64,000 bases of DNA. It comes from Octopus vulgaris. Lineage: Eukaryota. The DNA is taken from the NCBI GenBank assembly GCA_951406725.2, contig OX597820.1, positions 17,608,001 to 17,672,000 of the forward strand, in the 5' to 3' direction. This document shows, piece by piece, positions 1 to 13,477 of this stretch. Position 1 is the stretch's first letter. The number at the start of each line of letters is the position of its first letter. The notes below the pieces were generated by a model. The model did no database searches. It had not been told where the DNA came from and saw only the letters and a program-made list of their open reading frames with translations. The translations under genes were made by a program, and so were the position numbers.

Positions 1-142
1 ATGTTTCCGAAAGAGCGAGGAATTCATTTTTACCTTAAGCAATTGTGATGACCCATGGTGGAAGTTCGCTGGGTGGTTCTAGTGAGTTTTTGTGAAATGC
101 TCGGTTTTATAATGCCTGTTAGGTGGTCAATCTAGCGTAGCG

Positions 143-476
143 TGACGTCATCAATGTTTTGACCAATCGTTTCGTTAGGTGGCTTTAATCAAGTGGAACG
201 GGACGTCATCATTATTTTGACCAATCGCTGCATTATAACTCCCTCTTGTTTGTTTCCTGTCTTGACCAGTCGCTTCGTTAGTCAAGCATAGCGGGACGTC
301 ATCCAGATTCTGCCCAATCACGACTTATAGCTACATTAGATCTGCCCCCTGTCTGTACTTGTTAGGTGACTATTCAAGCAGAAAAGGACGTCATCAATAT
401 TCTGACTAATGACTGTCCCCTGTTTGTATCCTGTCCATTCTAGCAGAGCTAGACGTCATCAACTTGTTGACCAATC
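143..476. promoter_or_regulatory. Five GACGTCATC-N10-CCAAT units (CRE-like site + CCAAT box) downstream of the PLE ORF
   Basis: GACGTCATC at 144, 202, 295, 387 and 452, each followed after exactly 10 nt by CCAAT (CTAAT in unit 4). Function is inferred. Confidence 0.55.
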
Positions 477-643
477 AGAATCGGGTCTGACCCTTAGCTG
501 TATCGTATGTATCAGGGTCAGATTTGCACGAAATAATTTTTTTCCTTTTTTACTAAGGCATATTTCCGTCAGAGTGAGTGTCTGTTTGAAGTAGCGGCCG
601 TGGTGAAATTTGGTTCTCCTTATCGGAGGACTTATCTTTTGTT

Positions 644-2476
644 TTAGTATTCCTGGCCCAGGGTGTTTAAACTTGGTCTAAATTTTTTTATGAAATATAG
701 TTCTTTATTTTGGCGTTGTGTGAAGGTTGCGTTGTCACTGAATTTATAGAGCGGGTTAGTTGTAAATTTCGGATTTACATTTCCAGCACATCTATCTATG
801 TGTCCGCTGACCGGTATTTTGCGGTAATCAGGGTTTCTAATTTGTGATTTATGCACCGCCATCCTGTTACGTAAGCTATTTTTTGTATGGCCTATATACT
901 GCCTATTGCAGCCTGCGCATGTTATGACGTAAATTAAGTTTTCTGATGCGCAGGTGAAGTTTGTTCTAATGGTGAACTGGTGGCCTTGTTCCAGTATAAA
1001 TTCTGATCCTTCTTTCAAGATGACACAGATTCCGCAGTTGGGCCTTCCACATTTTCTAACTGCTGGTTTTGTGGTTGATGTTGAGTGCAGTGTAGCTTGG
1101 GTTAAAATCCTTTTCAAGGATTTTGGTTGCCGTTTACTTTTAATGATGGTGTGTGTTTCGAGGATCCGGTTCATCTTTGGGTCTCCCTTTAGTAGGGCTG
1201 TGCTTTGTAGTATGGTGTTGAAGGCCTCATTGTTGAGTGGGTTGTGTGTAGAGATGTAGGGACGGGTTTTTAATTGTTCTTTCTTTTTTGGTTTTGTTTG
1301 TCTCAGGTCTTCTATACTTAATTTAAGTACCCGTTGGATTGCACTGTCTATTAGGGGCTGTGGATAGTTTCTATTTGTGAGTGTGGTTCTAAGTTCCTGG
1401 AGACGTGTGTGTCGGGTGTTTGTGTCTGATATTATGGTGCAAATCCTTCTAGCTAAACAAAAAGGGACATTCATTCTAGTGTGTCGTGGGTGGCATGAAT
1501 CAAAGGGTAGGTACTGTTTAGAGTCTGTCGGTTTATAGTAGATATCTGTCTCTATTTTGTTGCCGGTTTTCTTAATGAGGATGTCTAAAAATGGTAATTC
1601 TTTTTCGTTGTGGTCCATCGTGAATTGTATATTGTCATTTATTCCATTTAATAGAATTTTAAATTCCTCAAGTTTCTCTATGCCTTTGTCCCAGATGATG
1701 AAACAGTCATCGAGGTATATTTTCCAGTTGTTATGGATATAGGTGGCGAAGGTGTTTCCATATTTCTCGAGTGTCATCCGGTATAGTATTTTCTCGAGGT
1801 ATCCCATCACTAGGTTGGCAAAAGATGGTGCAGTACGCGTGCCCATCGCTGTTCCCGATCTTTGCCTGTAGAAATCATTGTCAAAAATAAAATAATTGTT
1901 CTCTAAAATGAATCTAAGTCCTTCTATTATAAGGTCTTTGTTTATGCGAGTTGGGAGTTCAAAGGGGTAGTTATTCAGCCAGAAGGTGATTGCTTCTATT
2001 CCTAGGTTGTGAGGGATGTTAGAATAAAGATTAACTACGTCGAATGATACTAGAAGGGTTTTCTCATTGACTGTTTTAGGGAGGTGGTTGAGCATATCTA
2101 TATCGTCTCTTACGTAGCTTTTGATGTGTTTTAGGAAAGGATTAAGAAGTGTGTCTAAGAAATTGCTGAGGCGGTGAGTTTCACATGCTGGCCCTGCTAT
2201 TATCGGTCTTAGTTTAAGATCATTTGGTGAAGGAATTTTGATGAGTGTGTCGGTGGATGTTTTGCACGTTTCTCTAATGGTTTGGCTTTTGTGTACCTTA
2301 GGGATACCATAGAACAAACTCGATTTGCATTTGAAGTTAGTGATGTATTCATACTCCTTGTTCGTGAGTCCTTCTTGGTATGTGTTGATTAATGTCCTAA
2401 GGTTATGCATTATTTTTTGCTGGTTATACTGTTGGGCCCTTTCATAATACGTTTCATCTCTTAATAGGGATAGCAA
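644..2476 (-). CDS. PLE reverse transcriptase/GIY-YIG endonuclease (N-terminally truncated)
   Basis: Uninterrupted 610 codons with the RT catalytic YLDD and a C-terminal GIY-YIG domain. Confidence 0.9.
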   Translation of the reverse strand: MLSLLRDETYYERAQQYNQQKIMHNLRTLINTYQEGLTNKEYEYITNFKCKSSLFYGIPKVHKSQTIRETCKTSTDTLIKIPSPNDLKLRPIIAGPACETHRLSNFLDTLLNPFLKHIKSYVRDDIDMLNHLPKTVNEKTLLVSFDVVNLYSNIPHNLGIEAITFWLNNYPFELPTRINKDLIIEGLRFILENNYFIFDNDFYRQRSGTAMGTRTAPSFANLVMGYLEKILYRMTLEKYGNTFATYIHNNWKIYLDDCFIIWDKGIEKLEEFKILLNGINDNIQFTMDHNEKELPFLDILIKKTGNKIETDIYYKPTDSKQYLPFDSCHPRHTRMNVPFCLARRICTIISDTNTRHTRLQELRTTLTNRNYPQPLIDSAIQRVLKLSIEDLRQTKPKKKEQLKTRPYISTHNPLNNEAFNTILQSTALLKGDPKMNRILETHTIIKSKRQPKSLKRILTQATLHSTSTTKPAVRKCGRPNCGICVILKEGSEFILEQGHQFTIRTNFTCASENLIYVITCAGCNRQYIGHTKNSLRNRMAVHKSQIRNPDYRKIPVSGHIDRCAGNVNPKFTTNPLYKFSDNATFTQRQNKELYFIKKFRPSLNTLGQEY

Positions 2477-2640
2477 TAATTTTTATAATTGTTTGTATTC
2501 ATTATTACTATCGCGTTGCCCTTATCTGCCTCCTTAATTGTTATTGTTTTGTCTTCTCTTAGTTTGATGAGGTCGTTCCATTCTCTTTTGTTGAAGTTAG
2601 GGCTGTGTTTTTGTTTCTTGATGAATTGAAACGGGAAATT
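644..2640 (-). mobile_element. Penelope-like retroelement (Neptune-like), RT + GIY-YIG, 5' truncated
   Basis: The 610-aa ORF 644..2476 has PLE RT motifs (FYGIPKVHK, LRPII, SFDVVNLYSNIP, GTAMGTRTAPSFANL, YLDD, LPFLDI, YYKPT), a CxxxxCxxC linker (CGRPNCGIC) and GIY-YIG (LIYVITCAGCNRQYIGHT...R...H...E...LN). Upstream, 2477..2610 reads ...TITIKEADKGNAIVIMN (DKG motif) in another frame, so there is one frameshift. The 5' end abuts (TA)n. Confidence 0.95.
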
Positions 2641-2660
2641 AATAATATATTTTTTTTAAA

Positions 2661-2718
<58 letters not shown>

Positions 2719-2737
2719 TATATCTTTTAATAATATA

Positions 2738-3094
2738 TTATTATTATTAATATAAGGAAACCAAATTCAAATTTTTCACAAATATATACCCATATGAAAG
2801 ACTTTATGTATTAAAAATATATATAGATAAATAAATAAATATTAAAAATATAAATATAGTTAAGTCAAGTTAAGTTATGTTAAATATGATGTATAAAATA
2901 AATTTGAAAGTTAAAAAGTTTTGAATTTTGTTTTTAAGCATCTTTTTAAACTTTCAAATTTATTTTATACATCATATTTATATTTTTAATATTTATTTAT
3001 TTATTTATATATATTTTTAATACATAAAATCTTTCATATGGGTATATCTTTGTGAAAAATTTGATATTTATTTCCTTATATTAATAATAATAAT
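2738..3094. repeat. Imperfect AT-rich inverted repeat between (TA)n tracts
   Basis: 2738..2918 (taatataaggaaa...tttttcacaaa...atacccatatgaaaga...aatttgaaagtt) is mirrored at 2943..3094. Confidence 0.8.
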
Positions 3095-3247
3095 TTTTTT
3101 TTTTAAATATATGTATATATCGCTCATATTAAATATACAAATACTTTAATAGTATTAATATTATTTTATACAATGGAGCCCTTAATATAAATTCAGTATA
3201 TAATATTCTTATTGAATATATTTACCTAATGAATTATATATATTAGT

Positions 3248-3298
<51 letters not shown>

Positions 3299-3302
<4 letters not shown>

Positions 3303-3426
3303 TAAACAAGAAGGGTAGTAATATTATTTACTACCAGGTGCCCAGCACCAAAGACGAATTAGTCAATTCGTCTTTGGTGCTGGGCACCTGGTAGTAAATA
3401 ATATTACTACCCTTCTTGTTTATATT
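3299..3426. repeat. Perfect 62-bp inverted repeat (4-nt loop) starting at a (TA)n tract; probable inverted pLTR stub
   Basis: 3299..3360 is the exact reverse complement of 3365..3426. A hammerhead motif follows at 3588. Confidence 0.9.
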
Positions 3427-3587
3427 CACATATTACATGATGGATTTATTCGTAAAATTCTTCCCGGCATGCCCTATACTGCCGTGTAAGTTTTGCGTCT
3501 GCGCAGAGATTTGAAAAGTTAAGATCTGCTAGTAGTCGAGACCAACACATGGTCCTACATCGCTGCAGACCTCGATTCAATTTAGGC

Positions 3588-3663
3588 GACTCGCTGACGA
3601 AGCTAGCCTTAGCAAACATATTCTGTGTTTTGCTAGAAAGAAGCAGAAACCGCGGTTCGAGTT
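3588..3663 (+). ncRNA. Type I hammerhead ribozyme motif
   Basis: Stem I GACTCG/CGAGTT, core CTGACGA, extended stem II (first pair is an A-A mismatch), GAAA, palindromic C-CGCG-G, cleavage triplet GTT. Confidence 0.75.
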
Positions 3664-3766
3664 GTTAAAGTTATCGGTAAACGTTTTTGATTTTCACTCT
3701 CGATAAATTCATCCCCTTTTTGTGTTCCCAGCACTCGGCATCTTAATTTAGGAGCCCTTAATTGTA

Positions 3767-3812
<46 letters not shown>

Positions 3813-4121
3813 TCTTCCACTATAGCTTGATAACAGGTTTTGTTTCTGTCGCTGTAACTTAGCGATTCGGCAATAAAAAATGCCCAAAGAATATGATGAT
3901 CGTCAGTGCATGCTTAATCAAAACACATAAACATGAACAAAAAATCAACATACCAGACGAACACCAAATGTATCCAGCATAGTATATAGAATTGTTCATG
4001 AAATCATGTGATGTGGGGCTGAATCTGGTTTTAAAAGGCACGCGTTCGGTACGATGTGTTTATTATGGTAGTTTTGACTTTAAGCGTCCTTCCTAGCATG
4101 AGGCATTTATGCCTTATTAAA

Positions 4122-4172
<51 letters not shown>

Positions 4173-4232
4173 CATATATAAACACATATGAATAAAAACA
4201 CACACACGGGCATGTGTGTATATGTGTATATA

Positions 4233-4282
<50 letters not shown>

Positions 4283-4366
4283 CATATATATATATATGTG
4301 TGTGTGTGTATACATATATATGTACATATATATATATACATAAACATATATATATATGTGTGTGTA

Positions 4367-4398
<32 letters not shown>

Positions 4399-4433
4399 CA
4401 TATATATATGTATATACATATATATATACATAC

Positions 4434-4494
<61 letters not shown>

Positions 4495-4529
4495 TATATA
4501 TATATACACACACACTTATGCATTGATGT

Positions 4530-4837
4530 GGGTTGGTTGTTCCTTATCGAGCCACGCCTGGCTCATTAGGGCCGGTTTCCCGGTTTCTTTGGCGTATAGG
4601 TTCCCCATCTGGACGGGACGCCGGTCCGTCGCGGACGAGCTGCAAGATGCAGGAGGAAAGAGTTAGAGAAAGTTGTGGCGAAAGAGTCAGCAGAAGTTCG
4701 CCATTACCTTCTGTCGGAGCCGCGTGGAGCTTAGGTGTTTCGCTCATAAACACACACATCGCACGGTCTGAGATTGGAACGCACGGTCCCTTAACCGCGA
4801 GTCCGCTGCTCTAAACAGTAGGCCATGTGCCTCCACG
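4530..4837 (-). mobile_element. tRNA-derived SINE (family C, related to 63432..63817)
   Basis: tRNA-like head gtggaggcacatggcctac...agagcagcggactcgcgg. Shares aaacacctaagctccacg.ggctccg with the 63.5 kb copy. Confidence 0.75.
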
Positions 4838-5294
4838 TGTATTTGCATCTATGTTTGTATCTAAAGAGAGCGGTTCACACACTCACACACTCACACATAT
4901 ACACTCACAAACACACATATGGTGACACATACAGATAAACAAAAAACAGAGACAGAGTGAATGCATGAATTAATGAATTAAAGAAATAGTAAAGAAATTG
5001 TGTGAGAGAGAAATGAGTAGGTACAGATATATATATATATATATATATATAAATATAGATATATATATGAAAATAGTTGAGTATATATATATGTATTTGA
5101 GTATATATATATGTATATATATATATATATGTGTGTGTGTGTATATATATACATATATATATATATATATGTGTGTGTGTGTACATATATACACTTATAT
5201 ATACGCGCACGCACACATATATATATACACTATACCTGTTCCACGTCCTCGCGTTGTTGTGTTTTCTCTTTGTGTTTTCATGTTTGGATTAGGG

Positions 5295-5344
<50 letters not shown>

Positions 5345-5405
5345 ATATATAAATGTATATATAAACATTTATATATATATATATGTATGTGAATGTATAT
5401 ATATG

Positions 5406-5477
<72 letters not shown>

Positions 5478-6636
5478 CTTAGACAATACATTGTGTTCGT
5501 AGGCGTCCGTCTGTTTGTGTGTGACTGCATATGTGAGTTTTTTGACTTGTGTGAATATGTGTGTGTATCTTGAAGTGAAATAGCTTCTGGTCTTTTGTTT
5601 TTCCTATTTATTAAATGAACTTCGTTTAGATATGTTTTCCTTACTGATTTCATTGTTTCCTCTTATCAGAATTAAATGCTGGTTGCCACATAATAAACGG
5701 GAGAGGAAAAAAAACTAAACTATATTCTCGATATCTAGGTTTCGTCGAAAAGTAAAATATACTAACAGCTGACATATTTGTTCCAACATATATAGTCTCT
5801 CACTTCAATGTATGTTTTATATACTTTCTTGTCATGTCTTCTATTTAATACATTTATCATCCTCCATTTTATTCCAAATCCCTCCTGGGCCTTTTATTTC
5901 AACTATATATAGATTGGATGTCAATCAAGACACAAGAAAATTACATATCGAGACTACTTACTTGAAATTTCCTCAGGGGCACAATATTGAAAATAGCACA
6001 GAAGTACGTTTGTCAAAACTTTTCTTAATTATGATGAGATTATTCATTTATTTATATGCTTATTTATTTGTGTTTGAAGCATGGCCGTATCGTCTTTGTT
6101 AACTCTTAATTTCGGAATGAACTTATTTCTTTCTTGCAATATATAACACTTAACTAACCAGCGCTGATTTCTACAAACAGCTACGTTCAGGCTATGTGTA
6201 CTATAGAATATATGCATGAGTTATATCTACATATACTTTTAGTCTACGCACGCACATCTTTGTAGGAACATCTATTCATATATATGTCATATCAATTATA
6301 TGCATGTGTATGATTTAAATGTATGTATGTGTACACAAATGGAAGAAATAGAGTAGAGAATGTCTATAACCCCATATCCAGCAGCAAGATGACACCAGGT
6401 AGCGGATAACTATGGCGTGCTTTTCAAGGCATTCTACAATATTACTTAGCTTTATATATGAATGCATATATATACGTCTGAAAGCATTATATATATATAT
6501 ATTTATTTATTACAGATACAGGGTAAAGAATTATTAATTTAATAAAGTAATAAATTTTACCAAGTAGTTTCGGTATGGAAAAGAACCATATTTGGTAAAA
6601 ACTGATACAAAAAGTATTTTTTTTTTATATATATAA

Positions 6637-7081
6637 TTATAGTAATAATTAAGGGTTTAGCATCAAGTTGCTTAACCACATACCGAAAATTTAGAAAGAG
6701 CAGCCAAAAGACCACTATTTCTTTTTCCTATAAAATATGTCTCCGCAGATAACAATATTTGTAACTCGCATAGGTAAAAAGAAGAAAAATAATGAAATCA
6801 AACAGTCTTCGATTAATTACGGACGCGTTTCTGGATTAGAATTTTTTAAAATTCATTTCCTTTGTCAACATAATATTTCGAGAATTATAAATTTGAAAAT
6901 GCTAGGAAAACTTACCCTTTGCATTTCTGATCACACGCCATCAGAACATAACACATGTGAGTTACAAATATTGTTATCTGTGGAGACATATTTTGTAGGA
7001 AAAAGAAATAGCAGTCTTTTGGCTGCTATTTTAAAATTTTCGGTATGTGGTGAAGCAACTTGTTGCTAAACCCTTAATTAT

Positions 7082-7088
<7 letters not shown>
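6637..7088. repeat. ~130-bp inverted repeat arms with ~190-bp spacer, flanked by TA tracts
   Basis: 6637..6767 mirrors 6959..7088 with scattered mismatches. The spacer on the - strand contains CTGATGG...GAAACGCGTC, a decayed hammerhead-like motif. Confidence 0.8.
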
Positions 7089-7146
<58 letters not shown>

Positions 7147-7330
7147 GTATGTATTTATGTGTCTGTGTTTGTCCTCCACCATCGCTTTACAATCGAAGCT
7201 GGTGTGTTTACGTCCCAGTTATTTAGCGATTCGGGAAAAGAGACCGACAGAATAAACCGATTTGTTCGGATAAAAGCGGTGCTCCAACATGGCCGCATTC
7301 AAATGACTGAAACAAGAAAAAGAATATATT

Positions 7331-7650
<320 letters not shown>

Positions 7651-8858
7651 ATATATATATATATATATATACATACGTGTGTGTGTATATGTGTGTGTAT
7701 GTGTGTGCGTATGTGTGTGCGTGTTTGTATGTGTGTGTTTGTTTGTGTGTGTGTCTGTGATATGCTTCCAAGCTGTTTCCGCCTAATGAATTCACTCACA
7801 AGGTATCGGTCCAACTGGGACCATGGTAGAAGGCACTTGCTCAAGGTGCCGAGTGGTGGAATTGAATCCGAAACCAAATGGACACGGATCGAACCTGCTA
7901 ATCCTGTAGCCAAGCTTGCACCAATGTTTACATCAATTTTCATAAGATAATTCGGTATTATCAGAAGAATACATGGATGCAAATCCTAACACATTTTTCT
8001 ACCAGTTCGAGGTTCCCCGCTGGTGCAAAAACCCACGTAATTCTCCAAGGATTACAAGTGCCATACTAACATTTTTATCCTTTTCCTTTTAGCTTCCATT
8101 TCTTATTTTATTATATATTTCTTTCAAGAAATATCCGCTTCGCAGATTACACAAGTAATACATTCAAAAAGGGGAAACAAACAGAATCATTCAATTGCAA
8201 AATGAAAAATGCTGTTGCATGATTTAATCTGTTTTAAGAAAATATCAGATATGTTAGAAGAACAATTTTTCTGGAATACATGAAAGTATATTGCCAGGAA
8301 ACCACAGCGCGTGGTACAATATGTGTATATAATATATATCTATATATCCACTTGGCAGGCCAAAATAAACAACAGAAGGAGAAAAAATATGCTTTAGGAG
8401 ATCAGTAGGCTACAAATCAAAAGAGCGAGTGAGAAAAGTTATGTTTCTCAGGCAATTATTACAGATGGACTTATATATATATTATAGATGGACTTTATAT
8501 ATACATATATGTATATATAAATATATATGGTCCATCTAAGATATATATATATATATATTGTATCATGGTTTATTTTATATATATATTATGGTATATCTTA
8601 TATTGTATTATGCTATATTATATATGTGAATATGCGTGTGTGTGTGAGTGTGTGTGTGTGGAGAGAGAGAGAGGGCGAGATTAAGAGTGATAGATAGATG
8701 CATGTATATATATATATGTATATATATATATGTATATATATATGTATATATATATGTGTGTGTATGTGTGTGCATGTATATATATTACACGAGCGCGTAC
8801 ATTATCTGTGTGAAAGCGATATAAACTTAAAATAGGTTACTTATATTATTTTCTGCGC

Positions 8859-8934
<76 letters not shown>

Positions 8935-9519
8935 TATATTATGCACGCGCGCGTGTGTGTGTGTGCATGCATGTATACTAGTGCGAACATTATCTGTATG
9001 ACGGCGACATCGACTTAAGCCATGTTAGTGATATATTTTCGTGCAACATCTATGTTTCAGCGAATTATTCAAAAAGCAAGTTTAAAATCCGGAGACAGAT
9101 CTTATAAAACATACACACACACACATTCGCTAACACTCACGGACTCGCACACGCACACGTACGCACACACGAATACAGAACCATTAACAGTAACACATAT
9201 ACGGACGACTCGAAAACCAGCATGAACAAAGCGTGTCTGTAGACTTGCCATTTCCCACACAACAAATAATATATAGCCATATAGCATCTTCCATCTGTCT
9301 TTCCCACATTGTTCGTCTTCAGTTACTTACTTCTTACCAAACTTGCTATTCTAGTGATATGTTGGATGTCTTTTCTAGTTTTATTCCATCTTGTTTGGAT
9401 CTCATTGTATTTCTTTTACTTTATCGTTGTTTCTGACAGGTTATTTATTATTTTTTTTGCACGTCAATACAAAAATCATGATATGATAAAGTGGTTAAGC
9501 ATGCCGAGTAGCTGCAGGT

Positions 9520-9580
9520 CATACATACATACATACATACATACATACATACATACATACATACATACATACATACATAC

Positions 9581-9611
<31 letters not shown>

Positions 9612-9809
9612 CTTACATACATGCATACATACATACATACTTACATACATATATACATACATACATACATACATACATACATACATGCATACATACATAC
9701 ATACATACATACATACATACATACATACATACATACATACATACATACATACATACATACATACATACATACATACATGCATACATACATACATACATAC
9801 ATACATACA

Positions 9810-9842
<33 letters not shown>

Positions 9843-10036
9843 GCATACATACATACATACTTACATACATACATACTTACATACATACTTACATACATGC
9901 ATACATACATACATACTTACATACATATATACATACATACATACATACATATATGCATGCATACATACATACATACATACTTACATACATACTTACATAC
10001 ATGCATACATACATGCATACATACATACATACATAC

Positions 10037-10070
<34 letters not shown>

Positions 10071-10193
10071 GCATGCATACATACATACATACTTACATAC
10101 ATACATACTTACATACATACTTACATACATGCATACATACATACATACTTACATACATACATACGTACATACATACATACATACATACATACA

Positions 10194-10227
<34 letters not shown>

Positions 10228-10275
10228 CATACATACATACATACATACATACATACATACATACGTACATACATA
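9520..10275. repeat. (CATA)n microsatellite, ~750 bp
   Basis: Direct inspection; variant units CTTA and CATG. Confidence 0.97.
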
Positions 10276-10432
10276 AATGTATGCGTATATATATACATGC
10301 GCGTGTGCATATGTTTGTGAGCGTTCCAATTATTAATATGCATTTACTTCGGCATTCTATATTCAATCAACAAGCACTCACACACATACACATGCACATG
10401 CACAGACACAAACATACATACATACACACACA

Positions 10433-10475
<43 letters not shown>

Positions 10476-10557
10476 ATATATAGCTACGTACATGTAATTA
10501 CATTTAAGTTCATATAGATAGACTGATAGATAGATAGATATTATATATATATAGTTG

Positions 10558-10606
<49 letters not shown>

Positions 10607-10627
10607 GTAGGTAGGTAGGTAGGCAGG

Positions 10628-10676
<49 letters not shown>

Positions 10677-10677
<1 letters not shown>

Positions 10678-11772
10678 TGTTTCTTTATTAGCCACACAGG
10701 GCTGCACACAGATAGAACAAATTACAAGGTAGAGCTTTTCTTTTGAAGGTTTAAAAAAAAAAAAAAAAAAGGAAGGGGGAGTTTCAATCAAAAGGGATCG
10801 TAAAAGGAGAGAAAGAGGACAAAAAAAGGGGGGTTAAAAAAAGGGGGAGAGGAAAAAAAAAAAAAAGTTGATCAATAGGGATCGTTATCACAGAAATGTC
10901 AATATGAAGTGTAAAGGGGAGGACAGGTGAGGTTTACCCGTGGAAAGAAAAGCCTACGGAAAAGACTACGGTAACCTCGGTCAATGAAGTCACATTTTAT
11001 ATTTCTTTTTTTTTTTTTTTTTTTGCAAATAAGCAACTCTCAGTTTTCGATTTCTAGGTTCATAGGACTATGCTCAAGGTGGCTTCGTCATTCATACGTG
11101 CCATTCTTGCTACATTCACCCATCTTTTTTAAAACATTCGCTAGACAAAACTTGCCTCTCTACTCTCACTTTCCTTTTCAAGTGGTACTTGAAGAAGTTG
11201 ATGAGAGATTGACCAGAGAGGAAAGTGTTTGTCTCCAATCCTTTCAGACGCGTCCACCAGATACATTCTTTCGCCATAGCCACAAGGATGATGAAAATAG
11301 CTCTTCCTTCCCTTTGAAGGAGGGAGGCGTGACAATATTAACGATAGACTCAGCTGATAAACCGACTCGTCCCACACGTGACAGCAGTTGTTCGACACAA
11401 GCCCACAGGTCGGAAATTGTTGGACACTGCACGAGTGCGTGCAGAACGGTTTCGTCGCTCTGACCGCATCTCGGGCAGGTCGGCCCCGTGTTTCTCGAGC
11501 CGTGTCTGTAGAGCTTATCCCGAACGGGTAGCGCTTCTCGGTAGCACTGCCAGGCCAGGTATCTCTGGAAGTTGTCCATGGGTCCTGGCCCGAAAGTCGT
11601 CCTGAACAGGCGGGTCAGGTACTCCTCGTCGACGTCCAGGTTCGCCCCGAGCTCGTCGTCGTACCTCCCCTCCACTAAACCCCTATAGAATGCTTTGGTT
11701 GTGTTGAAGTCACTCAAGGTCGACCCAGGACGGCAGAGTTGCTTGAGAGCAACGCGACACTCGCGGTGCCAT
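10677..11772 (-). mobile_element. 5'-truncated L1/Tx1-type LINE (ORF2 C-terminus + 3' UTR) inside (TATC)n
   Basis: zf-RVT-like WQCYREALPVRDKL...CPRCGQSDETVLHALVQCP. ORF2 stop near 11060, T-rich 3' UTR, AATAAA just before the (TATC)n. (GATA)n lies on both sides. Confidence 0.85.
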
Positions 11773-11827
<55 letters not shown>

Positions 11828-11856
11828 GTAGGTAGGTAGGTAGGTAGGTAGGTAGG

Positions 11857-11923
<67 letters not shown>

Positions 11924-11960
11924 GTAGGTAGGTAGGTAGGTAGGTAGGTAGGTAGGTAGG

Positions 11961-12008
<48 letters not shown>

Positions 12009-12321
12009 GGAGGCGAAGCTTTGTAGTTAAGAATCTCATTTTGCAACCACGTGATATCAGCTTCACTCCCACAGTACGACACCTTGTGCTGGTACCTCCT
12101 ATTATAATTCTGGGTGGATGACTGGCGTGTGAGTGAATCTAATACATGGAATTTTTTTGAAAGCCCATCGTGCGCATGTATGTGTGTGTGTGTATTTCCA
12201 AAAGTTAATTTTTTTTCAACAACTATATAAACACGCAGACCTTCAGCTTGTAACTAGTTTGTTAAGTGCCAACGTACGAAGCTCTCAGAACTTGTGTCAC
12301 TATGTTGCTCCTGCTAAATAC

Positions 12322-13380
12322 TAGGGACAACGTTTCACATTGAAAAACAGTTTCACATGTGATTCGGAGAACCTGATATATGCACTAACCTGCTCTGGGT
12401 GCCAAGTGCAACACATAGGCCAAACAAAAAACAGTCTTCGTAAAAGGATGGCTCTGCACAGATCCCAGATAAAAATTCCCAAAATAGAAAAATCGCATTC
12501 AGCCAGCACATCGACATTTGCGCCAACAACAAAAATTCAAGCTTCAGAATTTCTCTCCTCTACCAATTCAGAGACGGTACAACCTGCAGCCGAGGAATTA
12601 GTAAAGTGACTCTCTTTAGTACAAAATACAGACCCCTTTTCAATGCATCTACAACAAACGACATATCCACCACGGCCTTAGAATAAAGCACACGCAAATA
12701 TTAAAAATGATACATTCAAGAGATACCCAAGAATTCATTAAAAAACAGTTCCAGTCACTGCTATAATCCACAGCGAGTCACTTTTAGGTCACTTGACCAT
12801 TTAACATCCTACTACTATTATACCATCCTGCATTCCCTTATTATTCTCTCTTCTTCTCTTTCTCCTTCTTCTTCTTCGCTATCTACCTCTCCACCACCTC
12901 CTTCCTTACTTTACTACTACTGCTGTTTAGAATAACACCTACGCAAATATTATAAACAATACATTTAAAAGAGATATCTCAAGAATTCAATCACTACTAC
13001 CATTTACAAGTCACTTTCAGGGCGCTTGACTATTTAACATCCTATTACTATCATACCACTCTCACATTCTTCTTCTTCTTCTTCTTCTTCTTCTTCTTCT
13101 TCTTCTTCTTCTTCTTCTTCTTCTTCTTCTTCTTCTGCTAAGAATTCACAACGACCTCGAACCCACAAGAGTAAGCAAGAGAGGCAGAGACAGGCAGAAA
13201 CAAAGAAAATACCACTTGTATTTGAATACTATACAAATATTCTTTTAAAAATCTTTTCATTTACTTTTTCCCAAATTTAATTGTTTTCCATACTTACAGT
13301 TGAAAACGTCTCAATGACCGAAACCGGTACTGAAATTTTTTTATAAAATGATTTTAGCATTTTCTACCTTGACTTTTTCC
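12322..13380 (+). mobile_element. Decayed PLE 3' part (GIY-YIG remnant + 3' UTR/pLTR with hammerhead)
   Basis: FTCDSENLIYALTCSGCQVQHIGQTKNSLRKRMALHRSQI closely resembles the GIY-YIG of the 644..2476 ORF. The downstream region recurs at 14140..14368 (+) and 22515..22985 (-). Ends at (TA)n. Confidence 0.85.
13297..13332 (+). ncRNA. Minimal hammerhead motif, U3-A8 core variant
   Basis: CAG-TTGAAAA-CGTC tcaat GACC-GAAA-CCGG-TA-CTG. Confidence 0.6.
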
Positions 13381-13477
13381 ATATATATATATATATATTA
13401 TACATATATATATACATATATATATATATATATGTGTATTCTATAAAATTATATATATATATATATATGTATATTCT

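Noticed and set aside
143-476. CRISPR-like repeat-spacer array
   Set aside because: The context is eukaryotic, the repeats are degenerate with irregular spacing, and there are no cas genes.
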